Assembly: GCA_013265495.1 (NCBI GenBank) | Contig: MU058198.1 | Coordinates: 6,277,779-6,341,778, forward strand | Length of the DNA: 64,000 nt | From: Vicugna vicugna | Taxonomy: Eukaryota | Reading direction: 5' to 3' | Shown: in pieces, positions 23,830 to 36,369 of the stretch | Numbering within the stretch: position 1 is the stretch's first letter | Layout: every line of letters starts with the position of its first letter | Notes under the pieces: model-generated | What the model saw: the letters and a program-made list of their open reading frames with translations, nothing else | Told to the model about the DNA's origin: nothing | The model's database searches: none | Program-made: the position numbers and the translations under genes

Positions 23830-24860
23830 CTCCTAATCAGAGAAATGCAAATTAAGGCAGTAAGACATGACTTTATGCCTTCTACTAATTAGACAGGCAA
23901 ACATTAGAAAGCTGGCTGATACCCGGACGTGCTTCCAAATGATCCGGATGTGGGGGGTGTACGACCCTCCAGCAGCACCGGTGTTCATTTTGCAAATTAA
24001 GTACATCCTACCCTATGACCCCACAATTCTGCTCCTGGGTGTACGCCTCAAGGACATTCTCACAACTTCCTTAAGAGGACAGACTTGAGGCTGTTCTTTG
24101 CAGCATCATTTGTGGTGGCAGAGAGTGGGAAACAACCTTGGTGTCCATCTCTAGGAGAATAAATATCACACAGAGGAGATGCACAACACGAAGTACCAGG
24201 CAGCTGTTAGACCAGGTGTGCCCACAGCCACATGGATGGATCTGAAACACGTAGTGCTTGCTTAATGGAAACTGAAGAAACAAAGTGAGAGCTGTAACAT
24301 ATTGCAATTGACAGGATTACTGCTCAGCAAACGTTCACACTTCTCTAGGGGTGGAATATGCTTCCCCACCTTACTAGCTTTGGGTCTGGCAATGTGACTT
24401 GCTTTTTCCCCGGGAATATGAGCAGAAGTGACCATTCCCCAGTTGAGATGTAAGAAGCACCACAGATTAATCTCACCCCTTTTGCATTTCTGCCATTGCC
24501 ATGAGAATATCTGCTGGGTAGATGCTGACCCCGCGGGACAGGGCACACACAGGGCAGACCTGAACCCAACGCACAACCTGGAACCAAGCCCAGTCAGCCC
24601 ACAATCAAAAGCAGTCGCCCCAGCCAACCCTCAGACACACGAGCAAGAAAAATAATGCCTGTTTTTGGAAGCCATGGAGTTCCGTGGTGGTTTGTTATAG
24701 TACAGACTTATTGCAGAAATAGTAACACGTACTATTTATATAAATTTAAAAGATGCAAAGAGTGACACAGTTGTAAGAACATATGCAAACATAAATACTT
24801 TAAACAGAATTGAGGGTTGCCAGTATGGAAGAGTGGGGGGAAGGAGGAGGGAATGGGGAT
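23830..24860 (+). mobile_element. Ancient L1M 3' region, interrupted by an LTR
   Basis: ctaatcagagaaatgcaaattaa, accctatgaccc..caattctgctcctgggt, acatggatggatctgaaa. Confidence 0.7.
24303..24725 (+). mobile_element. MaLR solo LTR (MLT1G/H-like)
   Basis: atgtgacttgcttt, gagcagaagtgac, gcagacctgaacccaac, aagccatggagttccgtggtggtttgtta. Confidence 0.75.
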
Positions 24861-25699
24861 AAAGAGAAATCAATTAATCAGTCAGTTGGATACTCGCATG
24901 GACAACTGATGATCACTGCCTTGACCAGAGAGGTAACACCACTTCACCCTCTTCCCCTGAGTCTCTGCCTCACCAAAATCAAGTCCATGAGGGCAGGGAC
25001 CTAGAACAGCCCTGGGGAGGTCCACAGCTGGGTCCCAATACATACCCACTAAACCAATGACTAAGATCAAAAATCTGAAGCCCTTTTAACTCTTAGAATC
25101 CCGGAACCTCCCTTCAAGAAGGAAGTTTCACGCGATCTTATCAGAAGGCAAAACTCAAGTGCCTGGAGGAAGGGCCTTGGTCACCGCTGCCCCACAGACC
25201 ACAGAGAGGTTCAGAAACAAGGCCAAGGTCCCCTGGGTGCTGGGCCCTACTGGAGGCAAAGGCCCTGTTCTGAACCCGGCCACGGTGCTCCTTCCATGGG
25301 CGTTAGCACAGGGAGGAGGAAGAGCTAAACTAAGTTGAATTAAATGAAATCTTCCTCACCATCTCAGCCAGATTATTTGCCAACTTCAGTCCTAAAGGGA
25401 CATGGGTGAGAACTCCACCGGAAATCGTGAGACAGCCGAGGGGAAAATGCATGGCAGCCCGGAAGGCAGGGCGGCCCTGGGTGCCCAACGGGTCGTGGTT
25501 CCTTTTGTGAGGGCCCCTCCACCTCCAGCTCATTTAACTCTAAATAAGCCTCCTATGAGGAACGCCCTTGAGGTGCAAGGACAGAAGACTTAAGTGAGCT
25601 TTGAATTTCATTTCCAAGGAAACCAGGTGTGGAAGAGAACCACAAGGAGACGAAGCCCAGAGCAAAAGGCACGCGAGTCACCCCACAGCCGGTCCCGGA

Positions 25700-25885
25700 G
25701 TCCAGGCAGCACCTGGTTCAATCCCGATGCCGTCACTTTGCAGCTGTGGGAGTGTGAGCAATGCGCTCGGCCTCTCTGTGCCTCAGTTTTCCCATGTGTA
25801 TAATGGGGGCAAGAGCCACCCCTATCTCACCGGGCTGTTGGGAGAATTCAGTGAGATGATCTGCGCACAGCACCTGGCTCAGTAC
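25700..25885 (+). mobile_element. MIR SINE (CpG-rich copy)
   Basis: ggttcaatccc, cctctctgtgcctcagttttcccatgtgtataatggg. Confidence 0.85.
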
Positions 25886-26589
25886 AGCCTCCCTCCTGTA
25901 GCTCTGATGTTGGCTGATATCCCACTGGGTGTCAAGCATTGTGCGGGGACTCGGTGCTGGGACAGAATGCGGGACCTCTCATACCAACCTCTTTCCCCAG
26001 CTGCTGGCTGGAGGGAGAAGACTCCAAACCCTGCAAGGGAAGGAGCCTGGAACTCTGGATGAGCGTGAGGAAGGGGGCCTGCCGCGGGACCACCTGCACT
26101 GGACTTCACAGGAGTGGAAGGCCAACTCTTATTATGAAAAGTGACCAAGATTTGGAGGTTTCTTAGTCACAGCAGCTAGTGTTACTAACTCAAGGGAAGC
26201 AAGGGAGCATAGGTGCTGAGTGGACCACTGAAGTGATCACTGCACCTTCCCCCAACACACACGCAACTGAGCACGAATATACACACACGCACACACATCG
26301 TTCTGCAAGGGAGAGACTAACAGACTAGGAAACCTTAAAGCAAAGAATCACCCAATCCACCAAGGATGATGAGGAGAGTAGCAAGACTCAAGTTCTCCTG
26401 CACCCAGTACAGTGCAGGAGCAAACGAATGTTTGCAAGGGGGTTCCACACAAATGGTCCTGGGGCAGCCTCAGAATGTTTTCCATAAGGCCAAACATTAT
26501 TGGATGGATAGATGGAAGGATGGATGGATTACTGGATCAGAATCAGAATTATTGGATGGATAATGGATGAATAAATTTGGGGTGTGCTC

Positions 26590-27682
26590 ATGCTCTTAGA
26601 AGGAAACATAGGGGGATACTTCATGACATTGGATTTGACAGTAATCTCAGGTACAACAAAAATAAACAGACAACAAAAGGAAAAAACAAATAAATTGGAC
26701 TTTATCAAAATTGAAAGCTTTTGTGCATCAGAGAACTCTATTAACAGAGTGAAAAGGCAAGCCACAAAATGGGAGAAAGTATTTGCATATCATTCATCTG
26801 ATAAAGAATGAGGTTCAGAATATATACAGAACGCCTAAAACTCAGCAACAAAAAACAAACACAAACGGGGAAAGGACTTGCACAGACGTTTTCCAAGGGA
26901 GGTGCACAAATGGCTGAAAAGCACATGAAGATCCTCAACATCACCCATCATCAGGGAAATGCAATTCAGAACCACAGTGAGACTCCGCCTCACATCCATT
27001 AGGATGGCCATTATCAAAACAGAAAATAACAAGTATTCATGAGGATGTAAGAAATGGGAACCCTTGTGCATTGTGAATGTAAAACGGTGCAGCTGCATGG
27101 AAAACAGTATGGTGGTTCCTCCAAAAATTAAACATAGAATTACCATGTGATCCAGCAACTCCACTGCTGGGTGGAAGAAGTGAAAGCAGGGATCTGAACA
27201 GATATCTTTACACCAACGTTCATAGCAGTATTATTCACAACAGCCAAAAGGTACAAACAACCCAAACGTCCATCCACAGATGGATAAACAAAATGTAATA
27301 TATATAACAGACCATATTGAGACATTCTGTTTCTGACATGTCCACAGCAAGGTACATGGATGAACCTCGAAAACATTATGCTAAGTGAAATAGAACAGGA
27401 CAGAAGGACAGATATTGCAAATCCCACTTACATGAGGGACCTAGAGGAGTCTCATTCATAGAGACAGAAAGGAGAATGATGATTGGGGAGGGGCGGGGGA
27501 ATGAAGAATTAGTGCTTAATGGATACTGAGTTTCAGTTTGGGAGGTTGCAAAAGTTACAGAGATGGATGATGGTGATGGGTGCACAACAATGTGAATGTA
27601 CCTAATGCCACTGAAGGGTGCACTTAAAGACGGTTAAAATGGTAAATTTCATGTTAGGTATGTTTTACCACAATTTTAAAAA
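26590..27682 (+). mobile_element. L1MB-type element: ORF2 C-terminus fossil plus 3' UTR
   Basis: ORF 26584-26811 reads LDFIKIESFCASENSINRVKRQATKWEKVFA (L1 ORF2 C-terminal region); 3' end gcacttaaagacggttaaaatggtaaatttcatg. Confidence 0.92.
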
Positions 27683-28154
27683 GGAAGAACTTACGTTCAT
27701 CAAAAGGCATCTGTGAAATGGCACGCTACAAAATGAGAAAAGGAATTTGTAACACCTATAAGCAACAAAGGAATACAGTCTGTGAAAAAAAAAATTCTTA
27801 TAATCCATAAGTGAAAGACACTCTAACAGAAGCATAAGCAAAAGATGTGAACAGGCACTTCATGCAAGAGAAACGCCAAATGACCACAAGCATGAGAAGA
27901 TGCTCGGCCCGTGAATCATGGAAATGCAAATTGAAAACCACAATGAGATAGCATTTCTCATCCATCCCTTTGGCAAACTTTTAAAATGTGAGAAAGCTCA
28001 GTGTTGCTGAAGCTAGAACAATGGGAATTCTCAGACCACGTTAGTGAGAATATACACTGGTACATCTACTTTGGAAAACAAGATGGCTTTACTGAGTAAA
28101 ATTAAAGACACACAGAGTTGACCCTACAGTTCTACGTCTAGGTAAACACGACAG

Positions 28155-28347
28155 CAGTGATTCTCAGAACTGGAGCTGTGCATCAGAATCACCTGGAGGG
28201 CTTGTTAAGCACAGACTGCTGGCCCCAGACTCAGAGTCTCTTCCTCAGGAGGCCTAGGGTGGAGTGAGGCTTAAGAATTCACAGTTCTAATAAGCTCCCA
28301 GGCGACGCTGAGGCTGCCTGTCTGGGGACCACACTTGAAGAACCAGC
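28155..28347. mobile_element. MER5A MITE
   Basis: cagtgattctca..gcatcagaatcacctggagggcttgttaa..ggaccacacttgaagaacca. Confidence 0.9.
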
Positions 28348-28479
28348 AGCATTATTCATCATAAAAACTGAAAATGTCCCAAATACCCATTCAGAGTAGA
28401 ATGAACAAACAGAAGGTGGTAGAGTCGTACGATGGAATATTACACAGCAATAAAAACGAACAAACTACAGCTACATGAT

Positions 28480-28816
28480 TGCTATAGACTGAATGTTCCC
28501 CCATCCCCTGCCCAAATTCATATGTTGAGATTCTAACTCCCAAGGTGATCGTACTTGGAGACGGGACATTTGGGGTGATTATAGCATGAAGGTGGAGCCC
28601 TCATGAATGAGATCATTACTCTTAGGAAAGAGACCCCAGACAGCTTGTCATCCTTCTGCCCTGTGAGAACATAGCAAGAAGACAGCCATCTGTGAACCAC
28701 AAAGCAGGTTCTCACCAGACACTGAATCTGCTAGAGCCCTGATCTTGGACTTCCGGCCTCCAGAACTGTGAGAAATAAATTTCTGAGGCTTAGGGCAGCT
28801 TGGATGGACTAAGGCA
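28480..28816 (+). mobile_element. MLT1A-type solo LTR
   Basis: TG...CA ends, 5-bp TSD atgat/gtgat, aaattcatatgttga, cctccagaactgtgagaaataaatttctg. Confidence 0.92.
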
Positions 28817-28948
28817 GTGATCAACACAATCTTGAGCAAAAGAAGCCAGATGTAAAAAAGTACACCGTATAATCACTTTATGTAGAAAGTTCAAAAACAA
28901 GCAAATCTCTTGTGTTTAGGTTTGCATCCTTGGTGATAAACTATGAAG

Positions 28949-29152
28949 CAGGATCAGGTAACTTTTTCTGTAAAGGGTGAGGAAATATCTTCTGTTTTTC
29001 GGGCCATATCATTTCTGTCACAACCGCTTGACTAGCCCTGTCACTGAAACATGAAAACAGCCAGGGATATATATAAGGGAATGAGTATGGCTGTGTTTCA
29101 ATAAAACTTTATTTGCAAAAACAAGTAGTGGGCCATGCTTTGCCAGCCCCTG
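28949..29152 (-). mobile_element. MER58A-type MITE
   Basis: actttttctgtaaaggg, ggctgtgtttcaataaaactttattt, tttgccagcccctg. Confidence 0.85.
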
Positions 29153-29369
29153 ATGTACAGCTAAGTGAGGCAATGATTACTCTCCTCTGGAGACGGATGG
29201 GAATTGGCTGGGGGAAGGGTCTATGTCGTGCTAGCAATGATCTCGTTCTTGACCTCAATGGTAAATGAAGTATTTGCTTTACAACAATTTCATTAAGCCA
29301 TATGTTTATATTTAATGTACTTTTCAGAATTGTACTGTACTTTCCAATTTTAAAAAGGGTTAATAAATA

Positions 29370-29750
29370 TCTCCACAATGAGGTATTATTTGGCAATAAA
29401 AAGAAATGATGTACTGATAAATGCTACAATATGAATGAAACTTGAAAACACTATGCTAAATGAAAGAGGTCAGACACAGTAGTCCTCGTATTACAGGATT
29501 CTGTTCATGTATCTTCAGAATTGGCAAATCTACAGAGACAGGAGATCGGTGGTTGTCTTGGGCTGTGGGGCTTGGAGGATTGAGGGGTGATGGCTACAGG
29601 AAACAGCATTTCCTTTCAGGGCGATGAAAATATTCTACAATTGATTGTGAGGATGATTGCACAACTCTGTGAATATGCTGGAAACCACTGAACTATACAC
29701 TTCAAAGGGACAAACTGTGTGGTAAGTGACTTAAATCTCAATAAAGTTGT
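29370..29750 (+). mobile_element. L1MB/MC 3' UTR fragment
   Basis: gcaataaaaagaaatga, ttgaaaacactatgctaaatgaaag, ttgcacaactctgtgaatat, tctcaataaagttgt. Confidence 0.85.
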
Positions 29751-30659
29751 TACCCACAAATCAAACATTTTTAAGACATAAATAAAATCAACAGCCTCTG
29801 CCCTCAACACCAGAGATGGGCCAGGAAAGAGGTGTGTGTGATGAGACCAGACAGACAGACACCAGCTTTGAAAAACCACTCATCCTTCCTCGTGTCACCA
29901 GAGCACACACACCCCAACCCTACACACACATGCGCGCACACGCACACACTGAGCCTTCCTCTGCCTTTGGCAAAACACGTGCTGGGTATCAGAAGCCCAA
30001 GAGGCCAGAGACTCTGTGGACGAGCAGGGGACCAGGGCATCCCTGCCAAGAGACACAGGACTTTTTCAACTCAAAATGAAATTTCAGGCAAAAATCTAAG
30101 CGAAGCAAAGCCCGTGGGAGTCAGGCTGGCTCTGAAACCGGAGCCAGGCCTGCAGGAGCCAATTTGGGCAGCAAATCAGGGTGGGGGCTTCAGCGCTCCA
30201 GGGACATTCCTGCTGCAAGGGCTTCTCTCCTGAGTCCGTTGTTCCTGGCGGGTGAGGCGTGGAGAAGGTCTCAGGGGCTTAAACCCCCTCTGCTCCTCAC
30301 ACAGACTAAAGGCAGTGTGTTTAGGGGATTCTATGTCACATCCTAGACTTCACAGCGCCTCCAGGGAGCCCGGCAGATGGTTGCAAATGACGAGTCTGCA
30401 GGAGCCAGCAGATGTGACGCGTGAGGAGCAGAGGGTGCCACGAGCAGGAGCAGCCGCGGGTCCCCTCAGCTGCCACCTCCCTCTGCTCCACGCAGCCCCC
30501 GACAGCTGTGAGTCAATGGGGCCGCCTGGCTCAGTCAGAACACATAGCAAAACAAACAAAAGAATTTCCTGGACCTGAGGAGCAGAAGAGGCCAGGAGGC
30601 ACCAGGCAGGGTGGAAAGACCCGTGAGGTGTGGCAGAAATAGCACGGGGCTGATGGGAG

Positions 30660-31325
30660 GCATCGCGCTGCTGTGTGACCTCAGGCAAATAGCTCAACTC
30701 TGAGTCTGTTCCCTTGGGTGTAAACCAGAGGTAATCGCACGTCCTCAAAGAGCTCTCAAAAGAACTAAATGAAGCAAGGACTGTGGAAGTATTTAGCAGT
30801 GAGTGGAATTCTGTGCATTATTCAATAAAGGTTAGTTGAGTAGAAATAAACATAAACTGAGTTACTTTCCAAGTTAGCTTTCTAGCTGGCTGGGCTGCAC
30901 AGAGGAGATGGGGGAAATATTCAGGCTGGTGTTGATTGAGCTAACCTCTCACATAGATTATTCCAGTCGACTCTCAAAAGAATCCCATAAAGTGGATGTG
31001 GCTGTTCCCATTTCACAGATGAAGAAACTGAGGCACAAAGAGGACGAGAAGCATGTCTGCATTCCCACAGTGAATAAGGCAGAGTTCGGATCTGAATCCA
31101 GAGCCCGTGCTCTGCATTAACACTGCATTCATTTCTGGGTTTAAATCCCAGCTCTGCCACTCCCTGGACTGGGAGCAAATTTCTTAACCTGAGCTTCAGC
31201 TGCCTGATCGGAAAAGGGGGATAAAAATAATACCCACTTTGAGGGCTGTTCAGGAGAGCAAATGATGGGGGAAGATGCCTGAAAGGGATTGATATGCAGC
31301 AGAAGTTCTATAAGTGCTCCCTGTA
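30660..31325. mobile_element. Three adjacent MIR copies (+, -, +)
   Basis: MIR cores near 30675, 31010 (cccatttcacagatgaagaaactgaggcaca) and 31140. Confidence 0.8.
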
Positions 31326-31386
31326 CTGCCCCAGAGTGGGGACCCCGAGTCTTAGGGACTGGTATGCAGGAGGCATACTCACTACA

Positions 31387-31688
31387 CAGGCACACTTCAT
31401 TTTATTGTTATTTGCAGATACTGCGTTTTTTAACAAATTGAAGATTTGTGGCAACCCTACGTTGTCAGATGATGGCTAGCATTGTTTCCCAATAAAGTAT
31501 TTTTAAATTAAAGTATGTACATTGTTTTTCAGGCATAATGCTATTGCACACTTAACAGACTGCAGTATTGTGTAAACTTTTCTACCCACTGGGAAACCAA
31601 ACAATTTGTGTGACTTGCTTTATTGTGATATTTGCTTTCTTGCAGTGGTCTGCGAGACTAAACCCGCAATATATCCAAGGTCTGCCTG
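31387..31688 (+). mobile_element. Tigger1-derived internally deleted element
   Basis: inverted termini caggcacacttc / aaggtctgcctg followed by TA; aacaaattgaagatttgtggcaaccct body. Confidence 0.9.
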
Positions 31689-31831
31689 TACTCAGGCCAT
31701 GACAGCCAAGAAGAGTTTTTTCTTAGGGCCTCAGTATTCTTATCTGCAAAATGGAGCAGGTGAGACCAGCTCTCTGAGCCCTTCCCACTTGACAGTCATG
31801 CATGATGGCAGGACACCCTTCTTGGAACTTA

Positions 31832-32012
31832 GAGGGTCACAGGTGTCATCGCAGGTGGGAAGGCAGTGCAAAATGAAAATTCAGGACCTCTTGTCAAAGA
31901 ATTATTAAGAGTCTCAAGACAGTTACAATACTGCATTAAACCAAATGTAGGGCCCTGCTATTCAAGGTGCCCTATGTGACTGTAGGGTCACATGCCCACA
32001 AAGCTGGCCCTG
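31832..32012 (-). mobile_element. MER45A hAT-Tip100 MITE
   Basis: cagtgcaaaatgaaaa, aattattaaga, gcattaaaccaa, aagctggccctg. Confidence 0.8.
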
Positions 32013-32267
32013 GTTCTGTATCTTGGCAGGGATGTGGGTGACACGGATGTATGCATCTCTTGAAACTTACTGAACTGTATACATTTAAACCCTGTGCATT
32101 TCACTCTTTGTGTGTTATGTTGATAAAATTACATCAGTGAAAAAAGAAACATGACAAAGTAGGATTATAAATTCCCTGTTCATCACAGGCAGTGTGGTTC
32201 AACAGTCAGGTGCAGGTATAGACTTATATGTTGAATGTTATCTTCTTTTAACTCTGTCTGTGTATCC

Positions 32268-32389
32268 CGGGCCCCTGCATACAGTTGTACAGGATGTGCA
32301 CTGCCCAATCCTATGCCATTCACATAGATGAATCATGACCCCCAGAGCTGCACAGTGGGTAACCTACACAACCGTACACGGTGGCCTTG
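32268..32389. mobile_element. MER91-type MITE
   Basis: tacagttgtacaggatgtgcactg ... aacctacacaaccgtacacggtggccttg imperfect inverted ends. Confidence 0.75.
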
Positions 32390-32669
32390 ACTATATAACT
32401 TTATTCAAAGGAATCATCATTTGTCTAAAGTGAAGGCCCTATGTGAATTTAAGGCCTGGGCCAAATGGAAGGGTCTTATTGCAAATTCCTTTCCAAGGCC
32501 TCTCATCCAGGCAGAGATCCAGAAGGAACCAGCCCATAGAAAGACTTTCTTGGGATGTATGAAGGAGCCATCCTTCAAATTCTTCCGACCCCGTGCAGTT
32601 CGGCAAGCCCTATTTCCCCCAACACTGCTGAAACCTCTGCTTGGATGGGCAAAGGGCTAGATTTAAGTG

Positions 32670-33010
32670 TCTGAGCTAATTTCTCACACCAAAGTGCATG
32701 ATAAAATCGAGGCGTCATTTAGAAATGTAAATTACCACTGTTTACACTTAACAGAGTCTTCTCACCATGGAGAAACTGTTTCCAATTATGAAACATGAAA
32801 GCTGGTCACCGTCTGGGGTTAATATGACGCTCTCGGAGAGAGTGAACAGGCGAGACTACCCAGACACCTAATTACCTGGAAAGATAATCTTGAATAATTG
32901 GAATTAGAGCAACTAAAGCAATTATTGGATGTTGTGATCTCCGGGAGCAGTCCTCCACCAGGCACAGGGATTTAATCACTTTTAATAAGCGCACGTAATT
33001 AGAGGAATCC
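32670..33010. promoter_or_regulatory. Candidate conserved non-coding element / enhancer
   Basis: no recognisable repeat, AT-rich, dense TAAT/ATTA homeodomain cores; function is inferred. Confidence 0.45.
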
Positions 33011-34769
33011 AGAATTTCAGAACGAAAGTGGCAGAACCAGCAGTTCAGAATGAGGGAGGTGGGAGGACTGGATGTGATACCAGAGAAAATGAAACTGGAG
33101 GAATGGGTGGAAGGAGGGGTGAGATGAGAAAGGATGGGTGGGGCTGGCAGGGTGGGCAGGAAGCTGATTAAAAGACCTCAAGAATCTATAGAGGGTGAGC
33201 CTGACTCTGACCTAAATTTGCTGTGTGACCTTGAGCAAGGCACTTAACCTCTCTGGGCTCTACCTTCCACTTTTCAGACATTCAGCAAATGTCTATTGTG
33301 CATCTGTCACATGCCCAGCACAAGGACACTGGGTCTTCCTCCTTCAAACATGCCATTCACTCTACCAGGAATGACCCCCACCCCCGTGCCTCCCCAAATG
33401 GCACCCCTCCCACACACACACACAGCCTTCCCAGACTGCCATCATTCCTTCCACAGCCCTCTGGCCACCCCTTCTGGGTCCCGGAGTCGCAGATGTGACT
33501 CTCTGCCTCCTTGGGTGTCTCCCCACCTAGAAGATTCCTCAAGATCGGAAGCTGTGGGAGGTTCTCCTCGCTGTCCCAGCTCCTGGCACACAGCCTGGCA
33601 AGGGATGCTCAGGCACCACTGGCCTGAGACCAGGTGGACAAAGGCCCCTGCAGCCCTTCCCTGAAAGTCAGGCTGCAGCCTGTCCTGTCTCCAAGAATTA
33701 AATGTCACCAGGTGAGGCAGACTGTGTTATGAATTTATTGAGAATGGCCAGGAAATGATCTCCTTCTATAGGAGGATTCCAGAGCTCTGCTGCCTCCACA
33801 GAAGGACCAGGGCCATTCAGACAACGGATGATTCCCCCCACTACGCACACACACACACACACCCCCCACGGTCAGAGGGCTGCAGGAATTAGCTAGCTCC
33901 ATGTTGTCTGGGAATTGCAAGCGAGAGGGACTAACAGACGTGTGGATCACTTGGGCTGGTCTCCTGCCTCTTTGTATCCTGAAGTGTCTGTCTCATTGGG
34001 ATGAAAGAATCAGAGTCCCCATTTTCTCAGACCCTGGACCACAGGCATGTACTTGGTGACTTGGGAGCACAGAACAGGGGTGTAACTAACTCAGACTGAG
34101 AGATAAGAGAGGACTTAGAGGCAGGCCCTTTGCTGGCTCATGAAGGTGGCAGAGTTCCTCAGGCAGCCAGCATGGAAAGATCTCCCAGGATAAATGCACA
34201 GGCACAAGGATGCGCCAGCTACGCAGCACGTTGGGACTGAAGCCAGCAGGCTGACCCGTTTGCAGCCCCATGTCAAGTCTGGACAGCTGTAGAAGCTGGT
34301 TCCCTTCTCCCTTCCCTACTCAGCATGTTCTGCTCTATGCATGTTTCAGTTCTATGACATAAATCAATAAAATGCACTAAATAAATTAAGTGAGCAGCAG
34401 AATTGTAAATCGATTGCAGACGGAGAACAGAGAGGTTGAGGGAACCAACAAGAGACTATTATAGGAACTCAAGTGAGAAATGACTCACACAAGGCTTGGG
34501 ATTGTGGCCGTGGAGCCACCACGTTGTTACACATCCCTGAAATATTAAACAAATGAAATCTACAAGCTTTGGAGATTGTTTCACAAAAATTGCCAGCTGG
34601 TGGCTGCCAGAAATCCCAGCTCACTGGGAAACAGGGGCAGGGAGCAAGGATGACTTCAAACACAGCTCAGCCCAGGAGGGACAAAGGAGACCATGGCTTC
34701 TGGAGTCGGGATCCAGGTTTCCAAACCCAAATGGGCCACCCAGCATCTATAGCATGGCCCCTGTTCCTT

Positions 34770-35305
34770 CCTTCCTTCATTCAACAAACCTTTATTAAAT
34801 GCTTGCTGTGTGCCAATCCCTTATGGGACATAGGAGCTCCTGGAAGAACCAGATTCAGTGCCTGTCCTCAGGAGTGTCCAACCTGGTGGAGGAGATCATC
34901 TCAAGGCACTGTAATAGGTGCTAATAAGACCAGTCACTGTGGGTACCTCTGGGATGGCTTTTCAGGAAAGGTTATGTCTAAGCTGGGTTTTGAAGGATAA
35001 ATTGAAGTTTTCAAGGCAAACAAGAGGCAGGTAGGCAGAGGGAAGAGAATATGCAAAGGCACAGAGGCATGAGAGATGATGGAGAATTTGGGGAAGACGT
35101 ACCCAAGGGAGGGGACAGGGCAGGGGCACAAGGTCCATGTCAAGGATTGCAGGAGGTGAAGTGGAAAATTGGACACACACTAGATCATGAAGGGCCACAA
35201 ACGCCATGTTACATGGTGTACATTTGGGAGCCAGGAGACGGTTTTAAGCAGGAGCCTGACAGAGCTGGATTTTCAGTTTAGAAAGATAATTTAGAATTCA
35301 GTGTG
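34770..35305 (-). mobile_element. L2 3' region
   Basis: ttcattcaacaaacctttatt, atgcaaaggcacagaggcatgag, ttttaagcagg. Confidence 0.85.
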
Positions 35306-35309
35306 AGGA

Positions 35310-35615
35310 ATTTTTGTTTCACTTTTTATGGAAGTATCTCATATACAGAAAAGTGCATTTATCACAAATGTACAGCTTGATGAACTTTCTTAAACTGAAC
35401 ACATCCGTGTAACTAGCACCGAGATTAAGAAACAGAACGTCGCCCCCTGCCAGAGCCTTCCACTGCTCCCTTCCAGTCACATCCGCTCTTCAAGGGCAAC
35501 TGTCCTGACTTCTGACAGGACAGATTCCTTTTGCCTGTTTTCCAGTTTTATATACAAGGAATCACATACTACGTATTCTTTTGAACCTGGCTTCATTTGC
35601 TCAACAACCACGCCC
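35310..35615 (-). mobile_element. L1MC-type 3' end
   Basis: atatacagaaaagtgca..tgtacagcttgatgaactt, gattaagaaacagaac, ctggcttcatttgctcaaca. Confidence 0.8.
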
Positions 35616-36369
35616 AGAGCAGTTGCACTGCGTGCTGCGCACAGCACTCCACTGTGTGGGTTGATGGGTGTTGGGGAACTGCAAGTAGAGGTGACCAGTG
35701 CAGCCTTGATGGCAAATACAAAGCAGGAGAGTCTCAATTCCTTCCTTCTTTCTTCATTCATTCATTCACAGTGGGAACCCACCCACCCGTGAGGGTAAAC
35801 TCCATCCAACCTGGGGTTTAGGAACTGAGAACTTCCCCCTATCGCACTTTGACAAAGGACCTGGGATAGATCCCTACTGGGGAGTCCAGTTAACATAACA
35901 AAGGGCAGAAAAGTCAAACATCCTCACGGACCCTCCAAGGTGGGATCCCCAGCCTTCTGCAGTGGACGATGGGGCCCTTCCAAGATGCCTGATAACCATT
36001 TACTCAGCTCTCTCCCCCTCCTATTGGGCAGGGACTTTGACCTCATTCATCTCTGCACCCTGCATGCCTAGCCCAGAGCTGGGATCTTAGTAGGTGCTCA
36101 GGAAATGTTTGTCGAATTGAAAGGCATGTGAGCAGATGGCTGGCAGGCAGAGGCTGCTCAACTCCTTGGCAAGGAAATGAATGGGTGTTACCTCCCCCAA
36201 ATATTTAGGTAGCTTTTGGAGAAATAAATGACTTGTGGATGACAATGACCAGGGGAGACCTTGATAAGCAAATTAATGAGTCCCCCACATACATACACAC
36301 AGAAATCCAGCTGGGCCAGATCCAGCACAACCAGCTGCCAGCTATCCTTAATGCTTATGGTCAGGCCCA

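Larger units (their letters stand above)
27685..29350 (+). mobile_element. Older L1M (L1ME/MC-like) with three nested insertions
   Basis: gaaatgcaaattgaaaaccacaatgagata, actttggaaaaca, gatggaatattacacagcaataaaaa. Confidence 0.75.

Noticed and set aside
26584..27002. ORFs with real protein similarity
   Set aside because: Frameshifted remnants of L1 ORF2 C-terminus; counted as mobile element.
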